A stretch of DNA of 64,000 bases from a virus (lineage: Duplodnaviria; Caudoviricetes), in IMG/VR virus record IMGVR_UViG_3300025389_001172, positions 64,001 through 128,000 of that record; one strand, 5' to 3'. Below are positions 10,114 through 20,037 of this stretch, one piece after another. How positions within the stretch are numbered: position 1 is the stretch's first letter; each line of letters starts with the position of its first letter. The position numbers and the translations under genes were made by a program. A model generated the notes under the pieces. The model saw nothing but the letters and a program-made list of their open reading frames with translations, was not told where the DNA came from and ran no database searches.

Positions 10114-10815
10114 ATGAACATAATATTATATACTCTAATAGTGACGCACATCACCATCATATCAGTGACACTGTATCTGCATCGTGGTCAGGCACACAGA
10201 GGAATCACGTTCCACCCTATCTTAGAACATTTCATGCGTTTTTGGCTATGGCTTACCACAGGTATGATAACCAAACAGTGGGTGGCCATACATCGCAAGC
10301 ATCATCAATACTCAGATAAACCAGGTGATCCACACTCACCTCACGTATATGGTATCAAGAACATATTTTTGAGAGGAGTGTACTATTATTATCTAGCTGC
10401 CAAAGACTCTCGCATGACATTGACCTATGGTCGAGGTACTCCCGATGATTGGATAGAACGCAAGCTATACTCTAAACATAGCCGTCTAGGAGTAACCTTG
10501 ATGGGCTTTATAAATCTAGCCCTATTCGGCCCTTGGGGATTATTAGTATTGTTGGTTCAAATATTTTGGATACCGTTCTGGGCCGCAGGTGTAGTTAATG
10601 GCCTAGCCCATTGGTGGGGTTATAGAAATGGAGAAACTCGTGATAGATCTAGAAATCTTGTACCTATAGATTTTATCGTTGGCGGTGAGCTCTTGCACAA
10701 TAATCACCATCTTGATCCAGCTAATCCTAAAATGAGTCGTCGTTGGTTTGAGTTTGACATTGGTTGGATGTGGTTAGGCATATTTAGAATATTAAGGCTT
10801 GCTAAACTACGTTAA
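10114..10815 (+). CDS. Membrane fatty-acid (delta-9 type) desaturase
   Basis: Three His boxes HRGQAH, HRKHH, HNNHH; TM segments. Confidence 0.9.
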   Translation: MNIILYTLIVTHITIISVTLYLHRGQAHRGITFHPILEHFMRFWLWLTTGMITKQWVAIHRKHHQYSDKPGDPHSPHVYGIKNIFLRGVYYYYLAAKDSRMTLTYGRGTPDDWIERKLYSKHSRLGVTLMGFINLALFGPWGLLVLLVQIFWIPFWAAGVVNGLAHWWGYRNGETRDRSRNLVPIDFIVGGELLHNNHHLDPANPKMSRRWFEFDIGWMWLGIFRILRLAKLR

Positions 10816-12855
10816 TCACTTCTCCGTTGCTATCCATTCGCCGTTCCAGTTGGGTGGTAAATCTTGTTGCTTCATAAACTCGCAACGTTCAATCCAAATC
10901 TTGTAGTACTTGTCCATTTGTCCACCGAAGCTGCCTTTTAGTTGTTTACACAGGTCGGCAGCTTCATCAAACTTCTTGGCTTTATATAAGTCATGCATCG
11001 CTTCATGCTGTTCTTGATCCTTACTGTAATCGTTACCTTTGGTACGTAGTGCTGTATAGATCAAGTCCGCCACTGTTTTGCCTTTTGGTTGTAGATTATC
11101 TAACATCAGGTAGAAGAAATCATCTCGAGTACGATTGTAGGTTTCTGCACCGATAATACATAGCACACCATAAGCCTTGCAACGTGCTTCTAGTCGTGCC
11201 GCAGTTGAAACCATATCTCCCAAGATGTCGTAACCGTGTCTATCAGTTGATCCCATCTCACCAATGAAGCCAATACCTGAATTACACCCCCAACCCATTG
11301 CGGCTGGTGGCAGGCCTTTGGCTTCCATGATCTTGGTATACTCATCTACACGGTCCAACATCTCTAGTCCTACTCGAACCATTGTACGAGCGTGGTTGGG
11401 ATCTTCTATAGGAGCACCATGGATGTGCATACTGGCATCGCCCACATACTTGATGATCATACCTTTGTTTTCTATCATTGGCTGGCTGATAGCATCCATG
11501 TAGCCATTCATGTACTGACCGAGGCCTGCTACATCATCACCGTAGTGTTCGCCGATAGGAGTGAATCCACGTAGATCAGAGAACATGACGCTGACATCTT
11601 TACGCACACCACGTTTGATTAAGTCTGGATCTTTTTGTAGCATCTCTACCACTTCTTTAGAGCAGTAGCCGGCAAACTGTTTCTTTATCTGAAGTTTTTC
11701 CAAGTACTCAGCCACAAACTTAACTCCATAAGCATGGAGCATGACAAGGACAAGAGCACCACAGATATAAGCACCATCTCCAAGCCAAAGATTCTGCACA
11801 AAAAGATAACGACTGAGGGCAACACAACCAATAGAACTAATAATACCAAAAAGAATGCCAACATAGGTCCACCTCGTTAAAAATAACAGTATAATGCCTA
11901 ATCCTGCCAAGGTCAATATCTCAGCCCCATCTGCCCAATCTGGACGCTGTATCGTCACACCATTGATCATTGTGGCCAACACAGCGGCCTGTACATCTGA
12001 CGGCCATACCGCACCCTTGGATGTTGGAACAGGATTACCTAGGCCCGCGGCTGTTACACCCACTATGACCACAGCACCGCCTAAATCTTTGGGTAGATCT
12101 ACAGCACTCACTGACCTGCTTTGCTGGCTCCAATCTATCCAGATACGACCAAAATTATCTGTGGTAATAGGACCAAACTTTGGAATACGCATCTTTTCTA
12201 CACCCAGCTCGTTCAGTTTGACCTGCACTGTGGTGTCCTGTGCCAGTACACGTAGAGCCTCCATGCTTAGGCTAGGATATAGTTTACCATCTATGGTAGC
12301 TATCAAAGGTATGCGGCGATTCACACCATCTATCTCAGGTAGTGTGTTTACTGTGCCTATGCCCACTGCTGATTCTTCTAGTTCTGGACGATTGGCGATC
12401 ATGCCCGGATAGGTTATGATACGATCTAGGTATTCAGGACCTAGTACTGCAGACCCTGGAGGTCTGGGTTCATTCTTGGTTTTCTGTGAGGGCATGTTGG
12501 GCAATACCACAGGATACTCAGCGAGTGTTTTTGCCAGTTGAGCATCCTTGCCCATACGATCTGGTTCGGCCATGAGCACGTTGAATACTACAAGTCCAGC
12601 CCCACGTCGATACAAATCTCGTATTAGTTTAGCATAACGATCTCTGGGCAGAGGCCATTGTCCATATTTGTCCAGAGTGGCTTCATCTATGTTGACCGTG
12701 ACTATGTTGTTTTCAGTAGGTGCTTTGCTGGTTATCAGAGTATCAAAATAACGCAAGCGGACACTTTCTACGAATGAAGGATCCCATATTCTAATGGCCA
12801 GCATGACGGCCAGTGTAATCAGGGCCATCCAAGGATTCAGTAAGATTTTTTTCAT
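10816..12855 (-). CDS. CHASE2-domain class III adenylate cyclase
   Basis: N-terminal TM, CHASE2 (VNIDEATLDKYGQWPLPR, DGVNRRIP), three TMs, cyclase motifs FSDLRGFT, IKYVGDA, YDILGDMVSTAARLE. Confidence 0.92.
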   Translation of the reverse strand: MKKILLNPWMALITLAVMLAIRIWDPSFVESVRLRYFDTLITSKAPTENNIVTVNIDEATLDKYGQWPLPRDRYAKLIRDLYRRGAGLVVFNVLMAEPDRMGKDAQLAKTLAEYPVVLPNMPSQKTKNEPRPPGSAVLGPEYLDRIITYPGMIANRPELEESAVGIGTVNTLPEIDGVNRRIPLIATIDGKLYPSLSMEALRVLAQDTTVQVKLNELGVEKMRIPKFGPITTDNFGRIWIDWSQQSRSVSAVDLPKDLGGAVVIVGVTAAGLGNPVPTSKGAVWPSDVQAAVLATMINGVTIQRPDWADGAEILTLAGLGIILLFLTRWTYVGILFGIISSIGCVALSRYLFVQNLWLGDGAYICGALVLVMLHAYGVKFVAEYLEKLQIKKQFAGYCSKEVVEMLQKDPDLIKRGVRKDVSVMFSDLRGFTPIGEHYGDDVAGLGQYMNGYMDAISQPMIENKGMIIKYVGDASMHIHGAPIEDPNHARTMVRVGLEMLDRVDEYTKIMEAKGLPPAAMGWGCNSGIGFIGEMGSTDRHGYDILGDMVSTAARLEARCKAYGVLCIIGAETYNRTRDDFFYLMLDNLQPKGKTVADLIYTALRTKGNDYSKDQEQHEAMHDLYKAKKFDEAADLCKQLKGSFGGQMDKYYKIWIERCEFMKQQDLPPNWNGEWIATEK

Positions 12856-12860
12856 AGTAA

Positions 12861-12868
12861 TATTTATA
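12861..12868 (-). promoter_or_regulatory. T4-type late promoter TATAAATA (example of a recurrent motif)
   Basis: Perfect copies also at 15333, 24720, 54783, 56620 (minus) and 30678, 57740 (plus); TAAATA cores before csgF (21583), the autotransporter (17364) and others. Confidence 0.75.
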
Positions 12869-13523
12869 GCAGGCGTTCTAGCCAGCGTTGATTTACAGCC
12901 TTGAGATCTATCAGTGTGACTACATCTGCTGTGTGGAATACAGGATCCCAGCTGGGGTCACTGACAACACAGGCACCTAGTTTTTGATAGACCTGTAGGA
13001 GTTTGGGTATAGCACCTGTTGAAGTATCTTCTTCAAGATAGGGATTCAAAGGCACAGCGTGAGCTCCATCTAGATATCTATAGGTTTCTCTCCAATGATC
13101 ACGTGCGGCGATCACAGCGGTTTCGCTAGGCTTAAGGCTGGTAGCTCCCATGATGTATTCACAGTTTAGGCGCTTGGATAGATCGAACAGATTACCCCAC
13201 AGCATGGGAATCACTGCGGCGTTGCGATAGTCTGGATGCACAGCGGCACGCCCTATCTCTAGTATCTTTGAGTGATCTAATTTTAGGTTGGCTAGATCAA
13301 ATTCGCTTTCTGTATAAAATCCTAGATCACTGTTGACTATGGCTCTGTAGTAGCCCACTACCTTGCGATCACTGACAGCTATCACGTGATAGGCATCTTG
13401 ATCCCATTGATCTTCATCTTGTTCAGGATCTATACCAAAAGCTGACTGCATCATCTTGGCTCGGAATTTAAGAGCAGATTCTATATCATCTTCATATCCT
13501 AGTATTTTGATCTTTAATGACAT
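12864..13523 (-). CDS. GNAT N-acyltransferase, OlsB (ornithine lipid)-like
   Basis: VVGYYR, SEFDL, LEIGRAAVHPDYR, LLQVYQKLGA..DPVFHTAD. Confidence 0.75.
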   Translation of the reverse strand: MSLKIKILGYEDDIESALKFRAKMMQSAFGIDPEQDEDQWDQDAYHVIAVSDRKVVGYYRAIVNSDLGFYTESEFDLANLKLDHSKILEIGRAAVHPDYRNAAVIPMLWGNLFDLSKRLNCEYIMGATSLKPSETAVIAARDHWRETYRYLDGAHAVPLNPYLEEDTSTGAIPKLLQVYQKLGACVVSDPSWDPVFHTADVVTLIDLKAVNQRWLERLL

Positions 13524-14407
13524 TACTGTATCTTGAACCTTACGTATTCTGTGATAAGGTCAGCTACATCTACATCACAATAGGTTTCAAAACCCTTGAA
13601 TCCTGGATTTGAGTTGGCTTCGCATACACGGAACCCACGGTCATCGAACAGCAGATCTACACCAGCTATGTCTAGATTAAGAGCTCGGGCGGTTTCACGA
13701 GCGATGTAGTCAATTTCATCTGTGATCTCATATCGGCTACCAGTACCGCCACCTGTTATGTTAGCACGGAAATCACCTTCTGGTGCTGTGCGTAGCATGG
13801 CCCCCATGACCTTACCACCTATGACCAACACTCGCAGATCCTCACCTGGGCGATCACCTAGATATTCCTGCACGATCATGGTCTTCTTGTTGCCTAGATT
13901 TTCTACGAACTCTACTAATTTCTTGTAGTCTTTCTTACGCTCGCAGAGATGCACGCCTTCGCCATATGAACCTGTTACCACTTTGACCACACAGGGGAAT
14001 CCTATGTTGTCCGTCACCAGGCGATCTTCTATGGGCCAACGTACCAACATGGTGTTGGGTATGGCTATGCCCGCACGGCTCAGGATCTGGCTACTGCGAA
14101 GTTTGTCTTTGACAGTTTCTATGGCCATACTGCCATTTACACAGGGAACACCTGCCTGTTCGAAATGTCGTATAACAGCCAATTGGAAAGGCAGGATGCC
14201 AGCACCTAGCCTGACTAGGACTAATCGTGGCAGTTCCATGTCCTGACCTTTGTATTTGATACCACTCTTGATGTTGCGATCCACGATGATATCAAAATCA
14301 TCAGGATGGCAGGCACGAGCTTCTATACCTTTGGCAGCGAAGCTTTCTATGAGTCTAGTAGACTCATATTCGTTCCGTTCGTTTTTAGTCAAGATCAATA
14401 CTGTCAT
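13523..14407 (-). CDS. rimK: RimK-family ATP-grasp ligase
   Basis: GSYGEGV, DLRVLVIGG, DFRANITGGG, AGVDLL, EANSNPG. Confidence 0.85.
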   Translation of the reverse strand: MTVLILTKNERNEYESTRLIESFAAKGIEARACHPDDFDIIVDRNIKSGIKYKGQDMELPRLVLVRLGAGILPFQLAVIRHFEQAGVPCVNGSMAIETVKDKLRSSQILSRAGIAIPNTMLVRWPIEDRLVTDNIGFPCVVKVVTGSYGEGVHLCERKKDYKKLVEFVENLGNKKTMIVQEYLGDRPGEDLRVLVIGGKVMGAMLRTAPEGDFRANITGGGTGSRYEITDEIDYIARETARALNLDIAGVDLLFDDRGFRVCEANSNPGFKGFETYCDVDVADLITEYVRFKIQ

Positions 14408-15156
14408 TTACCGCTCCATTCTATTATTTCCCAGGTGCCATCCCAGTTCTCTACCAAGGCTGTACAGCTCTCAACCCAATCCCCGTCATTCATATAGACA
14501 ACACCATCTATATCTCGGATCTCAGCTGTATGTATGTGTCCACATATTATACCATCATAGCCCTTGGTTTTGCAATAGTCTGCGAGTAATTTCTCAAAAT
14601 TTAATATATAACCCACTGCCTGTTTGGTGTTCTGTTTTATCCATTTACTGATGCTCCAGTATGGCAGGCCCATACGGCTACGGATCATGGCCCAATAGTC
14701 GTTTAGTCTCACTATGAGATCATATAACCAATCGCCGACGTGCATCAATAGTCTACCGCTAGATACCTGCATGAGACCATCAAACAGATCTCCGTGTATG
14801 ATTAGATACCTACGTCCATCTAATCCGATATAATCCTCACGATTGGAAAATGTTAGACGTCCTAGATTGGGTATGTAGTGTAACCATTTGCGTATAGCTT
14901 CATCGTGATTGCCTGCTATATAGAATACTCGAGTACCTTTCTTGGCCAGTTTCAGTACCCTGCGAATTACGTCTGAATGACTCTGTGGCCAATACCAATT
15001 TTGTTTAAGTCTCCATCCATCTACTATGTCACCTACTAGGTATAGGTTGTCTGATGAATTACGTTTAAGGAAATCCAGTAGTAGTTCTGCTTTACAGCCT
15101 CTCGATCCTAGATGTATGTCGCTGATAAAAATAGAGCGATAATTTGGCTTTTTCAT
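14404..15156 (-). CDS. UDP-2,3-diacylglucosamine hydrolase-like metallophosphoesterase
   Basis: ISDIHLG, VGDIVDGW, GNHD, CGHIH, NDGDWVES. Confidence 0.85.
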   Translation of the reverse strand: MKKPNYRSIFISDIHLGSRGCKAELLLDFLKRNSSDNLYLVGDIVDGWRLKQNWYWPQSHSDVIRRVLKLAKKGTRVFYIAGNHDEAIRKWLHYIPNLGRLTFSNREDYIGLDGRRYLIIHGDLFDGLMQVSSGRLLMHVGDWLYDLIVRLNDYWAMIRSRMGLPYWSISKWIKQNTKQAVGYILNFEKLLADYCKTKGYDGIICGHIHTAEIRDIDGVVYMNDGDWVESCTALVENWDGTWEIIEWSGK

Positions 15157-15179
15157 ACCAATATTTATCGCCCTATATA

Positions 15180-15311
15180 TTACTGTACTTTTTCTGTGTG
15201 TTTATGATTGAGACTTTTCTTTAGGATCTTGAACCAGATCTTTTTGACCTTCTCTAGATTGTGTTCAATTTCAGCCTTGTTCAACTTTGTTACTAATTTT
15301 TGGATTTTCAT
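15180..15311 (-). CDS. Small basic hypothetical protein (43 aa, not in ORF track)
   Basis: MKIQKLVTKLNKAEIEHNLEKVKKIWFKILKKSLNHKHTEKVQ; AAGGAGG RBS; TATAAATA at 15333-15340. Confidence 0.65.
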   Translation of the reverse strand: MKIQKLVTKLNKAEIEHNLEKVKKIWFKILKKSLNHKHTEKVQ

Positions 15312-15344
15312 AATCGGCCCTCCTTGGATAGATATTTATAATAG

Positions 15345-15379
15345 AAAAACGGAAACAATATTAAACTATCGTTTCCGTT
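15345..15379 (-). terminator. Probable intrinsic terminator after the autotransporter
   Basis: ACGGAAAC...GTTTCCGT stem followed by T-run on minus strand. Confidence 0.5.
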
Positions 15380-15399
15380 CTGTTACTGACGCTACAGAT

Positions 15400-17331
15400 T
15401 TAGAATGCTATCTGTACTGAAGCCTGTGCTGAATTGTTAACGAAGCCATTAAATCTTTGGCTGTTGAATCCCAGACGAACCTGTGTACGATCCTTGACAT
15501 TGGTACTGAGTCCAGCACTGACTGTGTTAAGATCCTGTGTATTCCTAGATACTTCAGCATAGACATTGGTACTAGGTAATAGCGGTATGACCTGCTCAAC
15601 TCTCACACCTGATTCATAGCTGGTCTGGCTCTGACGTATTGGATCATAGGTCACAGCAGTCATATCACTACCAGCATCGGCTGCACCGTTGGTCTTGGTA
15701 AGATCATAGCGTGCTCCAACGAATGGACGTATGCCACGATAGGCCGGAGCATAGGCACGACCGTTGACCCAAAGATCAACACCGTTAGTGCTGGCACTGT
15801 TAGCATAGCCTAATTCAGGTAAACTGTGTGCTGTGGAATATCTGTTTACAGCACCTGCGACATCTGCTTTGAATAACCAATCTTTATAACTCTTAAGAGC
15901 ATAAACACCTAGAGCATCTTTCTGTAGTTGTCCACTGCTGTTATCAGAACTCATGTTGACCTGCACACGATGATACTGTGCTCCGACTGTTAGGTCAGAA
16001 CTAATACGGTGATCATAGCCCACACCAATACGACTTGTGTTGAAACTGGTGCTGTCTGGAGTATTGCTACGACTTCCCTGTACATTTACCCAATCAACTC
16101 CGTCACGTCCATTCCAGCCCTGTGTACCATCAGGGTGACGACCTAGTATGTCGCTGTCTAGTCCATGGTTAAGGGCACCGTTGATCTGTCCTAATTTGGC
16201 CAACTGATCGATACGTGTTGTGTAGTCTTGTGGTACTGCTACTACTCCTGTGGCGCTACCATTGGTAGTAACTGTGACCACATTGTTGGCCACCGAACTA
16301 GTCACTACTGGTGTTCCGTTGGTTACCACTACGCTACCGTCACTGTAGGTATCTGTGGTAACAGGTGTTGTTGTAACTGTAGTTGTAACAGGAGTTGTGG
16401 TAACTGTGGTCAATACCCAAGGAGTCACTGTTGTAGTTGTTGTAGTCCTAGTAACTGTTAGTACCTGAGGTGTTTGACCTCTACGAGCATCAGTGAGAGC
16501 CACAGTGCTTGTTGGAGCACCATAGGCTGTGCTGTTGGTAACCACCGGGGTACCGTTGACTGAACTCGAACTCACAGAATTAGCAGTAGTTGAACTCACT
16601 ATAGTTGGAGCTGGAGGTGGAGGTGGATTGGTATTTCCAGCATTACTACCCACGGCTGGAGTGGCCAACGTGGTAAATCCTGAACCTGCTCTCATGCTAC
16701 AGTTTGCCGCGGCTATAGTCACGTCAGCACAGGCGCCAGCATAGACGCCTATCTGGACCCCACTGTTAACTGTGTTATTACCATAAACACTGAATGACAG
16801 TGAATATGTGATTCCAGAAGTAAGGCTAACACCTTGATAGATACCATCGAAACTACCAACGGCACCGTCGATCCAAGAACCTGCTGTTGAGGTGTTGACT
16901 CCTTGTCCACCGTTATAAACCACATTCTGCCAATTCTGTCCTGGTGCTTGCCAAGTACCTGCGGCAGCCGGGGTAGTACCATTCTGATACCATACACCCC
17001 AATACTGCGGAGCCTGTAGTCCATTTTGTCCAGGTATCGCTCCACCTGTGGCAAAATTACCATTGGTGACTAGATTACTACCGCCACCTGTGTTGAGTAA
17101 TACGTTGCCCAGTGTCCAATAGGCCGGATCCTGTCTAAAAGCAAATCCCACATAGTTAGCACCTGTTGTTGATGGTGAGAATGTGTAGGTATAGTTCTGC
17201 CAAGTGTTAGCAGAAGTATATGCTATACCTGTGCTACTGCTGATATTGTCTACTGTGGGTAATAGCTGTGCTATACCAGTGGTTGATACAAAGATCAACA
17301 AGGCCGCAATGGCCCTTTTGATTAATTTCAT
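15400..17331 (-). CDS. Autotransporter-like outer-membrane protein with Pro/Thr-rich stalk
   Basis: Signal peptide, beta-rich N-domain, PPPPPAP linker, TTTPV repeats, C-terminal beta-barrel ending in aromatic residue (VQIAF). Confidence 0.75.
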   Translation of the reverse strand: MKLIKRAIAALLIFVSTTGIAQLLPTVDNISSSTGIAYTSANTWQNYTYTFSPSTTGANYVGFAFRQDPAYWTLGNVLLNTGGGSNLVTNGNFATGGAIPGQNGLQAPQYWGVWYQNGTTPAAAGTWQAPGQNWQNVVYNGGQGVNTSTAGSWIDGAVGSFDGIYQGVSLTSGITYSLSFSVYGNNTVNSGVQIGVYAGACADVTIAAANCSMRAGSGFTTLATPAVGSNAGNTNPPPPPAPTIVSSTTANSVSSSSVNGTPVVTNSTAYGAPTSTVALTDARRGQTPQVLTVTRTTTTTTVTPWVLTTVTTTPVTTTVTTTPVTTDTYSDGSVVVTNGTPVVTSSVANNVVTVTTNGSATGVVAVPQDYTTRIDQLAKLGQINGALNHGLDSDILGRHPDGTQGWNGRDGVDWVNVQGSRSNTPDSTSFNTSRIGVGYDHRISSDLTVGAQYHRVQVNMSSDNSSGQLQKDALGVYALKSYKDWLFKADVAGAVNRYSTAHSLPELGYANSASTNGVDLWVNGRAYAPAYRGIRPFVGARYDLTKTNGAADAGSDMTAVTYDPIRQSQTSYESGVRVEQVIPLLPSTNVYAEVSRNTQDLNTVSAGLSTNVKDRTQVRLGFNSQRFNGFVNNSAQASVQIAF

Positions 17332-17387
17332 ACGTCGCTCCCGTAATGATGTTAGTGTGCTATTATTTACTGCTTATATTATTATAA

Positions 17388-17957
17388 TTAATTGCGTATA
17401 TAACTCCAGCCCGATCCACAAGGATTGCACTGTATGTTCATGCCGCCTTGACTGGCCTGTGTGGGATTGGTCTGCTGAATGGTTACACCAGCACCAGTGG
17501 CACCATTTAGCCAGAGATTGAATGTTTTATCTGCACCGGCACCGCCACTTTGTGTGACATCTACAGTATTGTTATTATTAGTTGTACCTGCAACACCGGT
17601 TATGGTCATGCTGTGATTACCGGCACCGGTCTGCGTGATACCTATGTTGTTGGCCGATCCGTTTAGGTTCTGTATGTTGGCAGTATGATTGCCTGTGCCG
17701 TCTTGGAACATGATAACCCCATTGTTAATACCCGACGGTATGTCTACTGTGGCAGTTTTAGCACCTGTACCCTGCTGTGTTATGTTTATCGTAGTGTTGT
17801 CCGCAGGACTGGTTTTACCTAAGGTTAATGTTGCTGAATGCCCTGATCCATCTTGCGTGATTGAGATGGTGTTGTTGTCACCTACCTGATCTATGTTAAC
17901 AGTATTATCTGCTGCCCACACATTGAAACAGACTAGAGCTAATAGAAATCGTTTCAT
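17388..17957 (-). CDS. Curlin-repeat protein (CsgA/CsgB-like)
   Basis: Signal peptide; repeats such as NTVNIDQVGDNN, ISITQDGSGH, IGITQTGAGNH. Confidence 0.8.
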   Translation of the reverse strand: MKRFLLALVCFNVWAADNTVNIDQVGDNNTISITQDGSGHSATLTLGKTSPADNTTINITQQGTGAKTATVDIPSGINNGVIMFQDGTGNHTANIQNLNGSANNIGITQTGAGNHSMTITGVAGTTNNNNTVDVTQSGGAGADKTFNLWLNGATGAGVTIQQTNPTQASQGGMNIQCNPCGSGWSYIRN

Positions 17958-19090
17958 TTTTGTATTAAGGTAATGGTGGTGTTACTGCCCGAGTTTACTC
18001 GGTTCTTAAAATCTAAAGGGCCCTGTGTCATATAAATGGTGCTGTTTTGATTTTTAGGTACAGTTACACTCATTACGTCACTGCCGTTATCCCGACTTAG
18101 AGTTACAGTATTGTCATCTACTGTGGCTACTATGCCAGATATAGCAGTATAATCTGGCAATAGTCCTGATTTGGTATTGTTCAGCAGGTCTAGCTGTGCA
18201 GCCAACTGTGCATTGATAATGTCCAAGATATTGGCCAAGAACGTTTGATCCAGGAAATTGCGGCTCAGTGTATCTTTGAATAGGTCTTTTTCCTGTGCAT
18301 CAAACGCATTAACCAGGCCGGTTTCTTTTAAGAAGTCTACATCAAGTGCACCTTTAGAGTCTACTCGAACTTGTGTTTTTTCGTTGTTTTGTTGTAGTTG
18401 TTTAGGTGGTGCTACTATTAGCATATTGTTGATAGCATCTTCGCCTATTCGCAACACCACTGGTTTCAATGGCATGACACCGCGAGTTTCTACTTTGGTC
18501 GCTTGAAATGCCTGATCTAGCAGAACTTTACCCACATCGGTTATAACCTCAATCGAGCCAGTTTTACAATCACGTTCTACATCTCGATATCCAGCCGGGC
18601 AACTGGGTAATAGTATGATGGTACTAGCACCTAACTCGTCTACAGTGGCACTGAAATCAGTACCTCGTACAGCAATAGTGGCACTAGGAGTATTGAGAGC
18701 AACCTTACTAGGATCGTTTTTAGCAATAGCACCTGACGCATAACGTACAGTACCCGATGCCATATTAAGCGCCAGCTTGCCTACAGCAGGTCGTTTGGGA
18801 TCGTAGACAAAATCATCAATGACTAACCGGCTGTTTTCGTTTACCTGTACTCGAGTATCATCCTGGAAGGTTATTCCCACCTTGCCCCGGGCTGTCCGTA
18901 TCGCATCCTGCATCTCCACCCCCGAGCCCCGAGTTCCCTCCAAGGTCGTCTTCGACCGTTGTATCGAAGGCGGCACATTAACCTGTTCCGTTATGGTCCC
19001 TATCGCCGCGATGGTGTCTTGCGATGAGATCAGCAAGAGTACGCATAATACTTCCTTCCATATCAATCTCCTCTTAAAAACCATGAACAT
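17954..19090 (-). CDS. FecR-domain periplasmic protein
   Basis: Signal-like N-terminus (start probably 19090 or 19084); ITFQDDTRVQVNENSRLVID and TPSATIAVRGTDF FecR motifs. Confidence 0.85.
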   Translation of the reverse strand: MFMVFKRRLIWKEVLCVLLLISSQDTIAAIGTITEQVNVPPSIQRSKTTLEGTRGSGVEMQDAIRTARGKVGITFQDDTRVQVNENSRLVIDDFVYDPKRPAVGKLALNMASGTVRYASGAIAKNDPSKVALNTPSATIAVRGTDFSATVDELGASTIILLPSCPAGYRDVERDCKTGSIEVITDVGKVLLDQAFQATKVETRGVMPLKPVVLRIGEDAINNMLIVAPPKQLQQNNEKTQVRVDSKGALDVDFLKETGLVNAFDAQEKDLFKDTLSRNFLDQTFLANILDIINAQLAAQLDLLNNTKSGLLPDYTAISGIVATVDDNTVTLSRDNGSDVMSVTVPKNQNSTIYMTQGPLDFKNRVNSGSNTTITLIQK

Positions 19091-19233
19091 TTCTGTAGTT
19101 CTTTCATTATCTGATCGGCCGTGGTACCGTGTACACGAGCTGCCATCTCCACGAAATCTAACCAACGCTGTGCCGCATTGGTCTGTCCGTCGGCCCATTG
19201 CTGATACATATTTTTAAGTGTCCACTGATCCAT
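19063..19233 (-). CDS. Small hypothetical protein (56 aa, not in ORF track) inserted in the csg operon
   Basis: MDQWTLKNMYQQWADGQTNAAQRWLDFVEMAARVHGTTADQIMKELQKCSWFLRGD; starts right after the curlin stop. Confidence 0.6.
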   Translation of the reverse strand: MDQWTLKNMYQQWADGQTNAAQRWLDFVEMAARVHGTTADQIMKELQKCSWFLRGD

Positions 19234-19234
19234 A

Positions 19235-20017
19235 TTAGTGATTGTTTTGATTTATAGTCATACTACCTCCACTGCCAGCGATCTTTAGGTTAGCAATATT
19301 ATCACCACCAGTACCAGTCTGTGTAACACCTACAGTATTACCAGAGCCGGTAATATCAATAGTAGATTGATGACCGTTTACTCCACCGGTTTGCAGGACA
19401 TTGACTGTGTTTGTAGCACCTGCTATGGTCACAGCACTGGTTCCACCTGGACTCTGTAGATCCATGCTGACAGTATTACCGCCCCCGCCGGTTATAGCCA
19501 AGGTACCTGTGATATTATCACCTAGAGCACCAATGGTAGCTGAGTTATTGGCTCCACCAGCTGTGTTGACCGTTATAGTGTTGCTAGCACCAATGGATTT
19601 AATATCGGCCGAGCTGGCATTACCTGATTGTGTCACCCCAATGTTGTTGCCTGAGCTGTTGGTTGTGTTACTACCAAGCTGTATAGTAGCTGAGCTATTC
19701 ATACTGTTACTAACGCTGTAGTTAACTGTACTAGCTGCCACTGATGTGTCAGTCTGTATGCCCAGTCGTAGTGTATTACCGCTACCGACCTGACTTACCG
19801 ATACCTGATTACCATCTCCGTAGATTTTGGCAGGTGTAGTAGAACTTGTACCTACACCTGGTAGGCCCCTAACCACGTTGCCTGCTCCATCCTGTGATAT
19901 GGCTACTATGGCGTTATCGCCGGCCTGATCAATATAGATACTATTGTCTGCGGCCCAACTGTTTATGTTCATAATGGCTAGCATTAGTAGTGTTATTTTA
20001 GCTAGTTTTGTTTTCAT
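19235..20017 (-). CDS. Curlin-repeat protein (CsgA/CsgB-like)
   Basis: Signal peptide; repeats DNSIYIDQAGDN, NQVSVSQVGSGN, NTVGVTQTG. Confidence 0.8.
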   Translation of the reverse strand: MKTKLAKITLLMLAIMNINSWAADNSIYIDQAGDNAIVAISQDGAGNVVRGLPGVGTSSTTPAKIYGDGNQVSVSQVGSGNTLRLGIQTDTSVAASTVNYSVSNSMNSSATIQLGSNTTNSSGNNIGVTQSGNASSADIKSIGASNTITVNTAGGANNSATIGALGDNITGTLAITGGGGNTVSMDLQSPGGTSAVTIAGATNTVNVLQTGGVNGHQSTIDITGSGNTVGVTQTGTGGDNIANLKIAGSGGSMTINQNNH

Positions 20018-20037
20018 TTTGGTTTCCTTACGGTCTG

